Source: Polymyxa betae A26-41 (lineage: Eukaryota > Protista > Endomyxa: Phytomyxea). From it: a DNA stretch of 36,172 nt. Location: positions 1 to 36,172 of the forward strand of contig RBZT01000787.1 of NCBI GenBank assembly GCA_003693705.1, given 5' to 3'. The position numbers and the translations under genes are program-made. Positions 1 to 15,381 of this stretch are shown here, one piece after another. The notes below the pieces were generated by a model. It saw only the letters and a list, made by a program, of their open reading frames with translations, ran no database searches and was not told where the DNA came from. Position 1 is the stretch's first letter, and each line of letters starts with the position of its first letter.

Positions 1-802
1 TAATCAATTCTGTTTTATTTCCAGCTCGAGTCCCAGCTTCATTCAGCTCAGTCCGTACGGTGTCCGTACGGACCTCTGGGAGTCGAGCCCAATATTATTA
101 GAGTAGGTCTTCATACTTCATCAATGTTCGCATCTTTAGTACGCATCAGATTTATGCGTCAGTCTTCGAGTCTTATTGCGGACGCAGTTCCATCAAACTG
201 CGTACGCTATTTTTTTGGGAAAATCAGAAGTTTTATGTAATTTTTAATAAATCTGGTACACACTCTCATTTATCAAATAAATAACTTAAAGAATTATCTA
301 CCGTTTTCCCCTGCACATAAGCCATATGCATTATAATCAAGGGTGGATATTTTTTGCCATTCTCGCCTACAGTAGTCTATCCCTCGAAGATAAGGCATAA
401 GCCCTGTATTCAAGGTAACGTAATTATGCCTTCTATTCAAGGGTTCTAAAATTCCTTAATTGGCGAAAGTGCGTGTGCCTATTATTCGAGGTTTTTGACA
501 TTTGTTACATTTTGCAGCGCAACGCAAGCTTTCTATTCAGATGCATTTGGAAGAAGCACCGTCTGATTTTTTTATGGCCCACGTACCCTATAATGGACTA
601 CAACCAAGTCTGACACGGCCGGCTTTCCTGTCGCGCCATCTCCTTCAACAGAATCCGCATTATATTTCCATTTCAATCATTGCTCGGGGTCCTTGCTGCA
701 ATGCATCATGGATAAGCGGGTGTCGCTGTAAATTGGCCTACGGCCTAAAAAACTAAAAACGGCCTAACTCAGTGGGTGCATTATTCGTTTACAATTGGCC
801 TA

Positions 803-1020
803 CCGTATTCTGAGGAACTTTGTACCCATTAAATGTGCATGAAATCGAGTTTACGCACATTTTTTTCCGAAGCTGGATTTTTAGATTTCCGGAAATTTTT
901 TAGATTTTCAAAACCGCTTGAAATTTACAGTAGAAAGCCGTCATCCTTTTTTGCCAAAATGAGATTTTCAGTTCTATTTTGGGCTAGAAGTCCGTGGGTA
1001 CAAAGTTCCGCAGAATACGG
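803..1020. mobile_element. MITE, 218 bp, Tc1/mariner superfamily (Tc2/pogo-like CCGTA ends)
   Basis: 26-bp terminal inverted repeats: CCGTATTCTGAGGAACTTTGTACCCA (803-828) vs TGGGTACAAAGTTCCGCAGAATACGG (995-1020), 1 mismatch. TA flanks both sides (801-802, 1021-1022). The interior is AT-rich with no credible coding. Confidence 0.85.
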
Positions 1021-1418
1021 TAATGCTCACAGAATAAACAAATTGGTTGCTTGTTTCAGTTAAACTGGACAGGGACCATTCTTAAGTGATTGTCATACTT
1101 TGTGGAGCTTTCAGGTGGAATTCATGACAGCTCCGACCTTGGGAGTTGCCACAGTAATAAACTTCGGAATATACCGGTATTTGGGAGAGTTTTTGAGAGT
1201 GAATTTGAAAGTGAAAACGAAAGTATCAGTGAGATCGAAGCACGATTATTTAATGAAGTCGATGACAGATTTCTAGACACTTCACAAGTTTTTTCGACCT
1301 TAAATTCCGACATCTGCAAAGGCTGAAAGTTCATATCTAAACGAAATTTAATTGGTCGATATAATATCTACTTTTGAACACGTAAAGAACAGACGAATTG
1401 TAAAATATTGTTTGTTTC

Positions 1419-2093
1419 TTAATAATAGGCCATTGCTGGTGCTTCAAAACGCCAGACATATAGTCCAGGAAAGTGATCTTGTAGCGCTCCAATAAAATTC
1501 GATGAATTATCAATGCCCAATGTTCCTGCTTCGAAAGCAAAGACGTACTTAGAATTATTCACTGCAACTAATCCTGGACGTTGTATTGCTTTAGCATCTC
1601 TCTGTCGAAGATAGGCGGCAATCCAATCCAGATATCCTTGTGGGAACCCATTACGACCATCAACAACGACAAAAAAAGGATCAATCCTCTCAAATAAATC
1701 GAAATGTTCCAATCTGAGATAAGCAAACAGTTTTGAGGCTGTCACATCCCAAAGCGTCGCGCCGTCCCGATTATCTCCTCTTCCATCAACAGATATGCGA
1801 CCTTCCATGGCTTCAACAATTGGGATGCATCTTTCTCGAGTTAAACGTAGGTTATTATCTTCATCGTATAACATTCTTAGAATTGGGAAAATTTCACGAC
1901 CCAAAATTGGCTCGGCTTTTAGTTGTTTTCTGATGCTTGGTGTGTAGCTGTTCTTGATAACGTCATCAGCCTGACGAGATAATAATTGATCAATAATGAG
2001 AGAAGAATTTACATCGGCCTCGATCCCAGCCTGACGAGCCAAACATTGTAACTGGCGACGATCAAGAGCTTCAAGGCTATTTCTCGTCTGCAT
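1419..2093 (-). CDS. Intronless hypothetical protein (224 aa) with N-terminal SAP/HeH-like helical motif
   Basis: ATG-initiated 224-aa ORF with globular composition. N-terminal LEALDRRQLQCLARQAGIEADVNSSLIIDQLL resembles SAP/NuSAP-type helix-extension-helix motifs; the rest is not recognised. Confidence 0.55.
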   Translation of the reverse strand: MQTRNSLEALDRRQLQCLARQAGIEADVNSSLIIDQLLSRQADDVIKNSYTPSIRKQLKAEPILGREIFPILRMLYDEDNNLRLTRERCIPIVEAMEGRISVDGRGDNRDGATLWDVTASKLFAYLRLEHFDLFERIDPFFVVVDGRNGFPQGYLDWIAAYLRQRDAKAIQRPGLVAVNNSKYVFAFEAGTLGIDNSSNFIGALQDHFPGLYVWRFEAPAMAYY

Positions 2094-2325
2094 AAGGCAT
2101 AACCTTATCAGATTGAAAGTAAAATTCCGCCACGGTTATTACGATGGTTCTAGATACATCATTCAACTCATGATGAAACATCATTGACTCAGACATTAGC
2201 AAACCAAATTATTATTCAAAATCACATTTTGGATATCATTCTTTTGACTGGAAAGGAAATATTCGTTTAGAGCAGTAGTTAGACAATGAACCTATACTAG
2301 GCTCGGCTGAGTATGGTTTTAGTTC

Positions 2326-2872
2326 TCATTTTTTTTCATTGTCAGGAATTTTCAGAGGAGATGGTCGTCTTGCAAGTAATCTTGAACTTCGTCGAGGCGA
2401 TGAGCTGGTTGATCGGATTTTAAAGTTTTCCATCTCAGTTTCATTTAAATCTGACTCTGGAGGCGAATAATTTCTTACATTTTTCACCATATCTTGTAAT
2501 GACTCTTCAGCATGTCGTGTATTGATGTGATCTCTAATGTTATTCCCAATTGGGAAGACATAGTGAGATGTTTGTGATATAACCCTAAAAGCAATGTTTG
2601 ACAATAAGTCTGATGATATTTGGTACAGCGATATTCAGGATTGGAGTTATAGCATCAACAATTGTCTTAACGATTTAAAGTAAATCCTTGATTATTGATA
2701 GGACTTGTTTCAAAATAAATACAACAAATAATGTTGTAAAGAAAATTATGGTCTTGTTGTCAATTGCTACAGAATGAAGGTATCCGATGGTGAATTTGAT
2801 GAAAGGTTGTTGGTAGTCAAAGTAGACAAGGTCTGTCATGCTCTCAGAAAGCACTTGAGCGATTGCCGCCAT
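2326..2872 (-). pseudogene. Possible disrupted small membrane-protein gene (two ORF pieces)
   Basis: ATG 2872 gives MAAIAQVLSES...TIIFFTTLFVVFILKQVL (TM-like), then TAA at 2675-2677. A different frame (2326-2604) ends SSSPRRSSRLLARRPSP. No convincing intron joins them. Confidence 0.25.
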
Positions 2873-3410
2873 TTTAGAAATTTGAACTTGAAACATCAAC
2901 TTAGGCGGTAGCAATTTGTTTATTGATTCACATACAGATGTCCAGATTATCCATCCAGTGAGTGGCTTCCGGAAACAGGATCGTCTCGATGTCCAAGGTC
3001 ACTCTCGTAATAGGATCAAGCTGATCGCAGACGAATGCCATCACGAAGAGATCTCACTGAATCCAACCAGTCAACGCCCCTTTTCTGCACGTGAAGCATC
3101 GACCGGCGCTTCTTCTTCGTCAAGTTGGCCCAGGATTCTCCATCGAACGCGTCCCCAATTTTAATACGGCGGACCTGGATTACGACCGGGTTTCCATCAA
3201 CTGGGTCTATCGACAGCCCCCATCTGATGTCCAACTCTACAATAAACCCTAGCTGGAGGCATCGCCATACGCCACCCAACGCCTGCAGAATCGAAAACTC
3301 GTTTGCTGTTACAGAGGCCGCAGCCCGCCGCAAAATTGGCGACGAAATCGAGAAATTTCTCTGCACAGTGATTGTAGACGAGAACGGGCTCTGGTCGTGG
3401 CGCGGCGGCG

Positions 3411-7447
<4,037 letters not shown>

Positions 7448-7885
7448 AGTAGATACTCATTGTTTAACCTTCGTTTACTTTGAATAACTATCGTCTACCT
7501 TTCAGACAGACGGCAGGTCCCATAGTACTTCGCCCAGATTGATCTTGTATTTGATCGGTCGTCCGCTGTATAGCAGTTGGTTGCGTTCCCGGTACGAAGC
7601 AATGCAGTCGACATTCCTGAAATTGTGTCAAGCATTCACCAATTAAAGCTTCATTGTTGGTGCTTCTTATTGTAGGTACAGTGCGATTCTGAGAATGCAA
7701 ATATTCAATGACATGAATCGTCGAGCAGCTCAGCAGCGCTTAAAGCCACAAGATCAGAGGCATTCCGGAATCGTCGTCACCGTTAAGATTGTGGTCATGG
7801 TGCGCTCCGATCAGGATCGCCCGTTGCTGATCCCTTTCCGGTTCGCCATTGTTTATCAAGCGTTTGAGAAATCATCACAAAGAGA

Positions 7886-9052
7886 ATGACAAGTTTAAGT
7901 ATTGTAATTCTAGCAATACTCATACTATGACATGAATCATTGCCGGATGCCCTGTTTATGCCAGCAAGCACAGCAAGCAAGAGGGAATCTTTTCGAGATC
8001 GATTTCGCAATGGTCATAACACTATAAACACTGATCGTGTTGACAAGCTAGACTCCAATATCAACTCTATTTCTTACGATCGAGGCAATACAGCAGGCGC
8101 TCAGAGTCAAACGGCAAATATCGCAACTGCAACAAACCCGTTTCTCTCTGGTGCTGAGTCTTCCGGGACAAACAAGAAACAGATGATAAAAGAGTTCGAT
8201 CGCGGCGCCTTGGTGAATGCAAACTCTCGCATTTTCAACGAAAATGGAAGGCAAGCAAGCTCTACTATGGACAGCGGGATCGAACAAGGAACAGCAACAT
8301 CAGAATCATTGATTGGAGGCCCAGTAGCCGGAGCTGGATCTTCATACAGAAACGTCGTACAAGGACAAGATCAAAAGATATCGGATTCCGACCACATCGA
8401 CCAGCATTTGAAAGAGAAATCGCTCTCATTTGAACATTTCGATCGAGGTGTCGCATCTCAAAGTGCTGAATCAGCTGCTAAGATTGGAAATAGTATAGGA
8501 GGTCCTTATGCTGTTACAAGCAGAGCTGAGGGAGGGCAGGCGGCCCAGTTTGAGGAATCTCGAAGTCGAATTGTAACCGGGGCAGCCAGATCTGTATCTG
8601 CTGATCGCAGCGCGAACGTCTTGAATGAAGCACGAAGCAAGCAGCTGATGGCGAAGACTGACGCGAAAGATGCTGTGCTTGTTGGACCTGGAGAAGCTTC
8701 GGCTGGTGGTGTTGTAGCTGCAGAACATTTGGCTTCGGATCAAAGTGCACTTCAACATGCCGACTCCAACGAGAATGAGATCGTGAATGCAGCTAAGTTT
8801 AAGGCGCTCGGCAATACTTGGTCGAAAGGTTCAAAAGAGTCGCAAGCTGTTCTTGCAAATGGTGCTTTCCCAGGGGCGATCAGCTCGGGCCGTTCAGCTT
8901 CACATTTTGCAACCGGTCACGATCGTTCAGCAGAATTTGGAATCGCAAAAAGCGCAGCTCGAAAGGCAGCCTCATCCACAATTCAATCATTTGACGGCAG
9001 GCAAATGGACCGGGCCCATAATAGCCATGTGCACATAGGAGGCCTTCTTTAA
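7886..9052 (+). CDS. Low-complexity Gly/Ala/Ser-rich protein, putatively secreted; in-frame TGA at codon 15
   Basis: 370-codon open frame (7940-9052) in frame with ATG 7886 encoding MTSLSIVILAILIL*HESLPDALF. Recurrent [YF]DRG-like motifs (SYDRG, EFDRG, HFDRG). Confidence 0.6.
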
Positions 9053-9616
9053 AAATTAAAACCTTGTTGTTCTATGATACTCATAGAGTCATAGTAGTAT
9101 GTAAACTGTCAAATTTTTGAAACATTTTTCATAAATTGTGCGACACAATTTTTAAATGTCGCGCATCTTCCATACATTTCACTGTCGCGCAAACTCTCGC
9201 AGTTTTCACTCTTTAGTTGGCGTAAGGTATTTTTTGCGCCAAATTTCAAAAGTATGGAGAATCGCCGCGTATATTTTACAGCGCTTACAGTGCGGGAAGT
9301 CTTAAACCGACAACTTTTGCATGGGAGTTCTTGGGTTTTCATTGGGGCCTCCGGACTAGGTCCGGAACAAAATCTATGCTCATAAATCAATAGATCTCAT
9401 CGTTTAGAAAAAATCTATGATGAAATTTTTGAAAAATTGTAAATTCCTGAGTCAATAATGCGGACCTTATTTGTATGAGAATCAGTAGTCATGAGACTTG
9501 TATGGGCAAAACACGTTGTTAAACAGCGCAGCCCTACGCGGAGCCCTACGCGGAGCCTCTGCGCAACCCTCTCCATTTCCAGTGTGCATCTGATTCGAAT
9601 TCCCCGACCATTTCAG

Positions 9617-9820
9617 CGGGACTATTCTTGGAAGACGTTGCAAACAACCGTTCCTTTAGCATTGAATTCGGTGCCGTTATCTACTATCCGCCGATTTGCT
9701 CGCAAAAGTGAGCGCTACATGGACGCTTATCGTTTAAAAAGAAGGGAACGTGAGGTTGACACCAGCGCAGGTTGAAATATGCTGTGAAGAAGTACCGATC
9801 CCATCGGCGGATCCTCGAGA
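9617..9820 (+). mobile_element. Degenerate C-terminal fragment of a Tc1/mariner/IS630-like DDE transposase
   Basis: RDYSWKTLQTTVPLALNSVPLSTIRRFARKSERYMDAYR, then after a frameshift LTPAQVEYAVKKYRSHRRI. This matches my recollection of the RYMDAY..AVKKY.SHR tail of fungal/protist Tc1-like transposases. Confidence 0.7.
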
Positions 9821-9994
9821 AAATTCTATAAGAACTCTAAGAATTTGCGGCGCGGCCTCTTGTTTCGAAATAAAATTGAGACAAATTGTCGGTTTAAGTC
9901 TTCCCGCACTGTACAAACGGTGGCTTTAAGCAATGCCCACTTACCATTTACCTACTGTTGTCGGAGAGACTTGGATTGCCAAAAGTCGAACATC

Positions 9995-11455
9995 ATGGGG
10001 GAAGGACGCCGATGTATCAATTTCTCTGCTGGCCCTGCTCAACTACCGGAATGTGTCCTACATCAAGCAGCAAACGCTATGATCGATATCACTCCAGAAG
10101 GACTTGGGATTTCGATCGCTGAGCTTGGTCATAGAGTTCCCACATATGAGCGTATCGATTTTTTGTTTTGCTCTGTCGATGCTGTTATCTAATCGATCGG
10201 ATAGGAATCCATAACGAGGTTATTGACACACTCAAAGCTCTTCTGAATATGTACCAATTTGTCGTTATGCAAAACGCTTCTTGATCATAGTCATTTAGCC
10301 CGGACTCTCATTCCGTTTTATTGATGAGCGGCGGCGGGAGTTTACAGTTCTCTGCTGTCCCGCTAAATCTTCTGCCACATCAAGGTTTGCTTTAGGTTGA
10401 TGGTATTAAACTGCCGCTAAATCAGCGAATCCAGGGGCCATTGCTGACTATGTTGTTTCCGGATCATGGTCCAAAAAGGCAGCAGTAGAAGCATCTAAAT
10501 ATGCTGACGTCAATATTGTTTTCGATGGGAAGGAATCTTGCTATAAGCGCATTCCTCACGAAAATCTGAAATATTCTGAGAATGCTTCCTATGTTTATTA
10601 TTGTGCCAACGAGACTGTCGATGGTAAGTTCTTAGCACTGGAAATGTATAGTTAATGACGAAAATGTTCAGGGAACGAATTCTACTCTATTCCTGAATGC
10701 CCTGCAAACATCCCACTCGTTGGAGACTTCTCATCAACTTTCCTTAGTCGTCCGCTGCCCAAAAACGTATTCTCCAAGTTTGGAGTTATATTTGCTGGAG
10801 CCCAGAAGAATATAGGACCGCCTGGTCTGTGCATTGTCATTATTCGAGTACGTGCATTAGATAGTTTTGATATTGCTTATGAGTCGACTAGAACGATTTG
10901 ATTGGAAAAGCGCTGCCTATCACGCCCCTGATGTGCGATTACAATACGTTCCGCTCAACGAACTCTTTATACAACACGCCACCTACAATCAGGTTAGAAT
11001 TTTTGTTCCTGCAGACGTTACTGTCTCATTAGCTTTGCAGCATCTATATGGCTGGTCTAACGCTAAAGTGGATCCAATCTATTGGAGGACTAGAAGAGGT
11101 TGAGAAAATCAATAACGCCAAGGCTCAAATCCTTTATGACACGATTGACAACTCGCGTCTCTTTACGTAAGGAACTTTTCCTAGATGCTTTACCTACAAT
11201 GACGTAGTCGTTCACAGATGCTCAGTTGATAAATCGTGTCGCAGCCGAGTCACTGCTGTTTTCAATGTCGTGGAATCCCATCAGCATCTGCTGAAAACGT
11301 TCGTATCAGAGAGCGAGAAAGAAGGGTTTGTCGGTCTGGCTGGGCATCGATCCGTTGGTGGCTTGAGAGCAGCATTGTTCAATGCCCAATCTATCGACAA
11401 TGTCAAGAAACTAACCTGCTTCATGAAAGAATTCGAGAAGCGATATTTTGATTGA
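9995..11455 (+). CDS. PSAT1: Phosphoserine aminotransferase (PLP class V), multi-exon
   Basis: [57 protein letters not shown] (PLP lysine), [17 protein letters not shown]. Exons are joined in frame by GT-AG introns. Confidence 0.95.
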
Positions 11456-11591
11456 TAACCTGTTAACGAGACAGCGCAGAGTTTTGGGCGATCATTGATT
11501 TCACATTGTTATAAATTCGATAATTTACAGGGATTAATTGGAAAGTTTGAATTAGATCCTAATGAGACTGTATAATATACTATATAGTTTT

Positions 11592-11744
11592 NNNNNNNNN
11601 NNNNNNNNNNNNNNNNNNNNNNNNNNNNNNNNNNNNNNNNNNNNNNNNNNNNNNNNNNNNNNNNNNNNNNNNNNNNNNNNNNNNNNNNNNNNNNNNNNNN
11701 NNNNNNNNNNNNNNNNNNNNNNNNNNNNNNNNNNNNNNNNNNNN
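11592..11744. other. Assembly gap (153 N)
   Basis: Run of N; hides the 3' end of the kinase gene. Confidence 1.
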
Positions 11745-13216
11745 AAATCGATATCTGCAAACAATCGATGGTTCCGTATTTTTCTGTCAAAGCGCATATG
11801 TGGTGAAGGGTTCAAAAGTCCTCTATATAAAACTAAGGCTTCATAATTCTTGGTTGTTTGAACTTACCGAATGAGATCGTCAGCCGGCTCTGATACCGTC
11901 GGCGGTAACCATAGCTCTTTTGACAAGCATGTTACGCGTTCGGCGAATTGCTGTATCATGTTGAGAAATTGTAACACCTCACCGGTAACAATATTTCAGT
12001 ACTTTTGGCGATTCATTCGTTGGATTAAATGTAAATGGAGCCTCCCCGACCATCCTACAAACGTTTGTTGATCTCAAATAGTCGAAGAACAATGGGTTTT
12101 TTGTACATTTCATAGGCAAGAACGCCAAGAGACCAGTAATCAGCAGCAAATCCATAGCCGCCTTTATCGTCGAAACAGACGGAGAGCGCTTCAGGTGCCA
12201 GGCATTGCATCGTTCCGCATTGTGTTCTGCAAACCTCATCACCACGTAAACGACGAGAACAGCCGAAGTCCACTAGGCGAATATAACCCTATAAAGGTTA
12301 GGCAGGGCCTGAAATTCCAACTCGGCAGCGTCGTACTTTGTCGTCGATTATCACGTTCTCTGGTTTCAGATCGCAGTAGATGATGTTATTGTCATGAAGG
12401 TACTCAAGAGCCAGCATGATTTGAGCCAGATAGAACACGGCCTGTTTTTCAGAGAATGGGGCCAGCTTCTTTTCATACATCAGCGACCACAAATCGAATC
12501 CAGGAACTACGAAATATTAATGTGAATGCACCAGGTCGTGTTTGCCCAGGAAACCTACCATAGTCCATCGCCAAGCAGACAGTGGAGCGATCGACAAAAA
12601 CGTGCTGAAAGTTGACAATGAACGGATGCTTAACAGTTTTCAGGATCTGTGCTTCTTCAAATCCTAATTTTATCACTTTCTCTTCATTGCCTGATAGCAT
12701 TTCAGCAAAGCCTCATTAATGTTGATACACAATCACCTGGAGCGCCCGCCATTTCTTTTCTGAATCCATAAATCAGCGAGATGATCGTGCCTAAAAAAAT
12801 GCCTACAGAGCGAACAGCTTCTGTGAGGATTTGTGCCTCACCAAAGACACCTTTCCAAACGATCCTCTAAACGACCAGTTAGAATGAGTTGTTTAATTTT
12901 AGATCAAGATATGTTACCTCGCAATGAATAGCACATTTTCGAAATCACTTCGAGTTACATCTCTCCATGCTTCATAAAAGCTTTCTACTTTTTTAGGTGA
13001 AACAAGTGACAGTTTCGGGGAGAACGACACCATATGATTGCAATTGCTTTTGCTTCCATTCAATGGCAACAGACCCAGCCACGGCTGCAACGACCCTCTC
13101 AGACTAACATCCCCGTCAGACCCCAAAGCATCCACATCACGTTGTCGAATGGGCTAACGATAGGCATTTCAATGGTTTCCAATCGATGACGGTGGATACG
13201 ACGCTGTACTCACCAT
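11745..13216 (-). CDS. AGC-like Ser/Thr protein kinase, non-RD (YCDLKPEN); 3' end lost in gap
   Basis: Spliced: [93 protein letters not shown]. Start inferred as ATG 13216-13214 directly followed by a GTGAGT intron (13213-13154). Confidence 0.88.
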
Positions 13217-13445
13217 CAATGGGGTCCGATAGATGAATGGATCGGAGGCGAATATGGATGAAATAGAGAATTCGTTAATAAAGGGCTTCGACAGATGCAA
13301 GTCGAATTGTTCTAGAACGACGCGTTTGACTTCGACTGGCTGCCCAGTCGTGGCGGCGCCTCCTGATACGACAGGTCACGCGTCGAGCGTAACCGAAGAT
13401 CTGTTGATACGCAGCTTTTTGGGAAAGCTTCTTTTGTAATGTATT

Positions 13446-14707
13446 TTAGATTAGGTGGATTTGGCCATAGCGAGCCGGTCCCTGTCGTAGGCTATAGATG
13501 ATACCTGTCGTATTTCGTAGACAGGCTCGGCACATGGGGCAGGAGGTAGCCGACGTTTCTGAATCCGCCCAGTGGCAGATGCATTCCTCACACTGTCAGC
13601 AAGCAAAGTCAGGTGCTGGCTGAGCTGCCCATTGTCAACTTACGAAAACGTGAGAGCAATCCAGCCGAACCGGATTCTTCAACGGTTCGAAACAGACTGG
13701 GCACTCAGATCCAGCAGCATCTTGAACGTATCGGCCGAATATTGGTTTCGTGTGTAATGCATTGGCAGCGCACTATGAAAATGGGTTAAATGAAAAGAAT
13801 TGAACATCAGCAATGTGTTTAGAACTCTGATAAAACGCAGTACAGAATCTATGATAGCGAGCGATTTAATCATCATATAGATGAGCTGGATTACGGGGAC
13901 TCGCGTCCCAACATTCGAGTTGCCGATGACCAGGTACCATATCGGAATCGGCACGAGCTCTCTGTGTAAGCATGTCATACTAACACAAGCATCGAGTAGA
14001 TGCGCCTAGGCATCATTCAGCTCTGAGCATCATCGGGCGACCATTGAATTACTTTTCGGCGAGCGGGGAGTTCTGCGAACTTGAAGAGAACGAACACGCC
14101 GTGCAGGAAGAATCGATATCCGACATCTGAATAAGTCGTATTCGGAAAGACCACAATTTCGGATTCAATCCGCTTACCAACGGCAACAACGGTTAGCAGA
14201 ACGGTCATTGGAGAGATAGCAAGTTCCTCATGATCGTGACTGCTTAATCCCAGAAACGCTTTCCATGCTGTAATATGTTGTGCGGCCAAGGACGACTTGA
14301 ACAATACGTACGAATACGAAATGGACGCAACTGCAATCGGGATCGGTGACATTCCCTATTCCAATTCAGCAAACTCAGCCGTTTGTGATCGTCTACGAAG
14401 ACCTTGGAATTGAAGATTTCGGTGGTCCTGAGTGTCTGGACCAGAAGAATGACGTTGCCAGCCATGATTAGAATCGCTATTCGTTCAAAGTGAGCTAGCA
14501 GACTGAGGCGATCATTTGCAGCTTACGATAGGCATATTCGCAGATCGCCCAGAATAGTAATAACAGGAACATGGGCCACCAGTACATCTCAGATAAATCT
14601 GAAGCTTGTGGCCATGCTGTTGAATTGTCTTCATTATTGCTTCTCGCATGCGCTGGAATCAGCGACGAGTCGTTGCCGATATCTATAACGACTTCTGTGA
14701 TCGTCAT
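13446..14707 (-). CDS. RING finger and transmembrane domain protein (RNFT1/2-like E3 ligase), multi-exon
   Basis: Several hydrophobic segments, RELVPIPIWY and LIYMMIK motifs, then a C3HC4 RING split by an intron: CPVCFEPLKNPVRLDCSHVF|CEECICHW..CPMCRA. TAA at 13448-13446. Confidence 0.8.
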
Positions 14708-15381
14708 GTCATCACCTTAATTAAAAGATATTTTGAGGGTCGCTTTGGAGACCCAAATATGATTTCGGTATCTTGATCATCAAATACAAACCTGATGTCA
14801 TAACATTCTCAGAGGTAGTCAAGTATACAGCTAGCAATGTATGATCAACGAGGCAAATTGTATAACATATCGCCTCCGATGCCAATACGATTCGTAGCCT
14901 GCTGGATTCTGTACAAAAGCTGTCGTTGATAGGCAAATGGAGAAACTACAAATCGCAGACACGCTCTGATCAACCCATAAATGAAAGCGATTTCTGTATA
15001 AACCATTTAATGGTGAACGGATGACAGCCAGATTCCTGTTGAAATGCCACCATGCTCCTGTGCGGCTTTCTCTGCTTGATTTTCAAATTGGATCAAGGCC
15101 GGAGCACAAAACGAATTTGCAAGCTCTGCGATCTCCTTCGACTTGATCACCGTTTAGTCAAGAGCTATACCAGTTGTGCTGGCGGGCCAGCACGGGAATG
15201 TAACACCGTAACCGCGTTACAAAGTCACGGCGCTGACAGTGCTGGCAAGCGGGCCGGGCGGCTGTCGGGGGTTAGGCCCTCTGGCAACTGATGCAAAGTG
15301 CGTCCCTATTCTGGGTAACGCTTTGTGGCGTCCCTACTTGAGGCCTGAAGCCATTGGGAGTGGCGGAGCGGCCTTCAACTT

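Noticed and set aside
51-73. Duplicated palindrome GTCCGTACGG / GTCCGTACGGAC
   Set aside because: Too short and too near the window edge to interpret.
9530-9557. 12-bp tandem repeat AGCCCTACGCGG x2 plus partial copy
   Set aside because: Simple local duplication beside transposon debris; no spacers, not CRISPR-like.
11509-11846. ORFs spanning poly-X
   Set aside because: Artifacts of the N gap; only the minus-strand kinase exon is real.
12283-12292. aaccctata telomere-like motif in the kinase gene
   Set aside because: It is simply the TAG|GGT TAT acceptor/exon junction.
13350-13510. Possible splice fusion of the RING gene to the downstream kinase through 23-nt and 31-nt GT-AG segments
   Set aside because: Those introns are much shorter than the others here. 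The RING gene has a plausible stop and the kinase has its own ATG|GTGAGT start.
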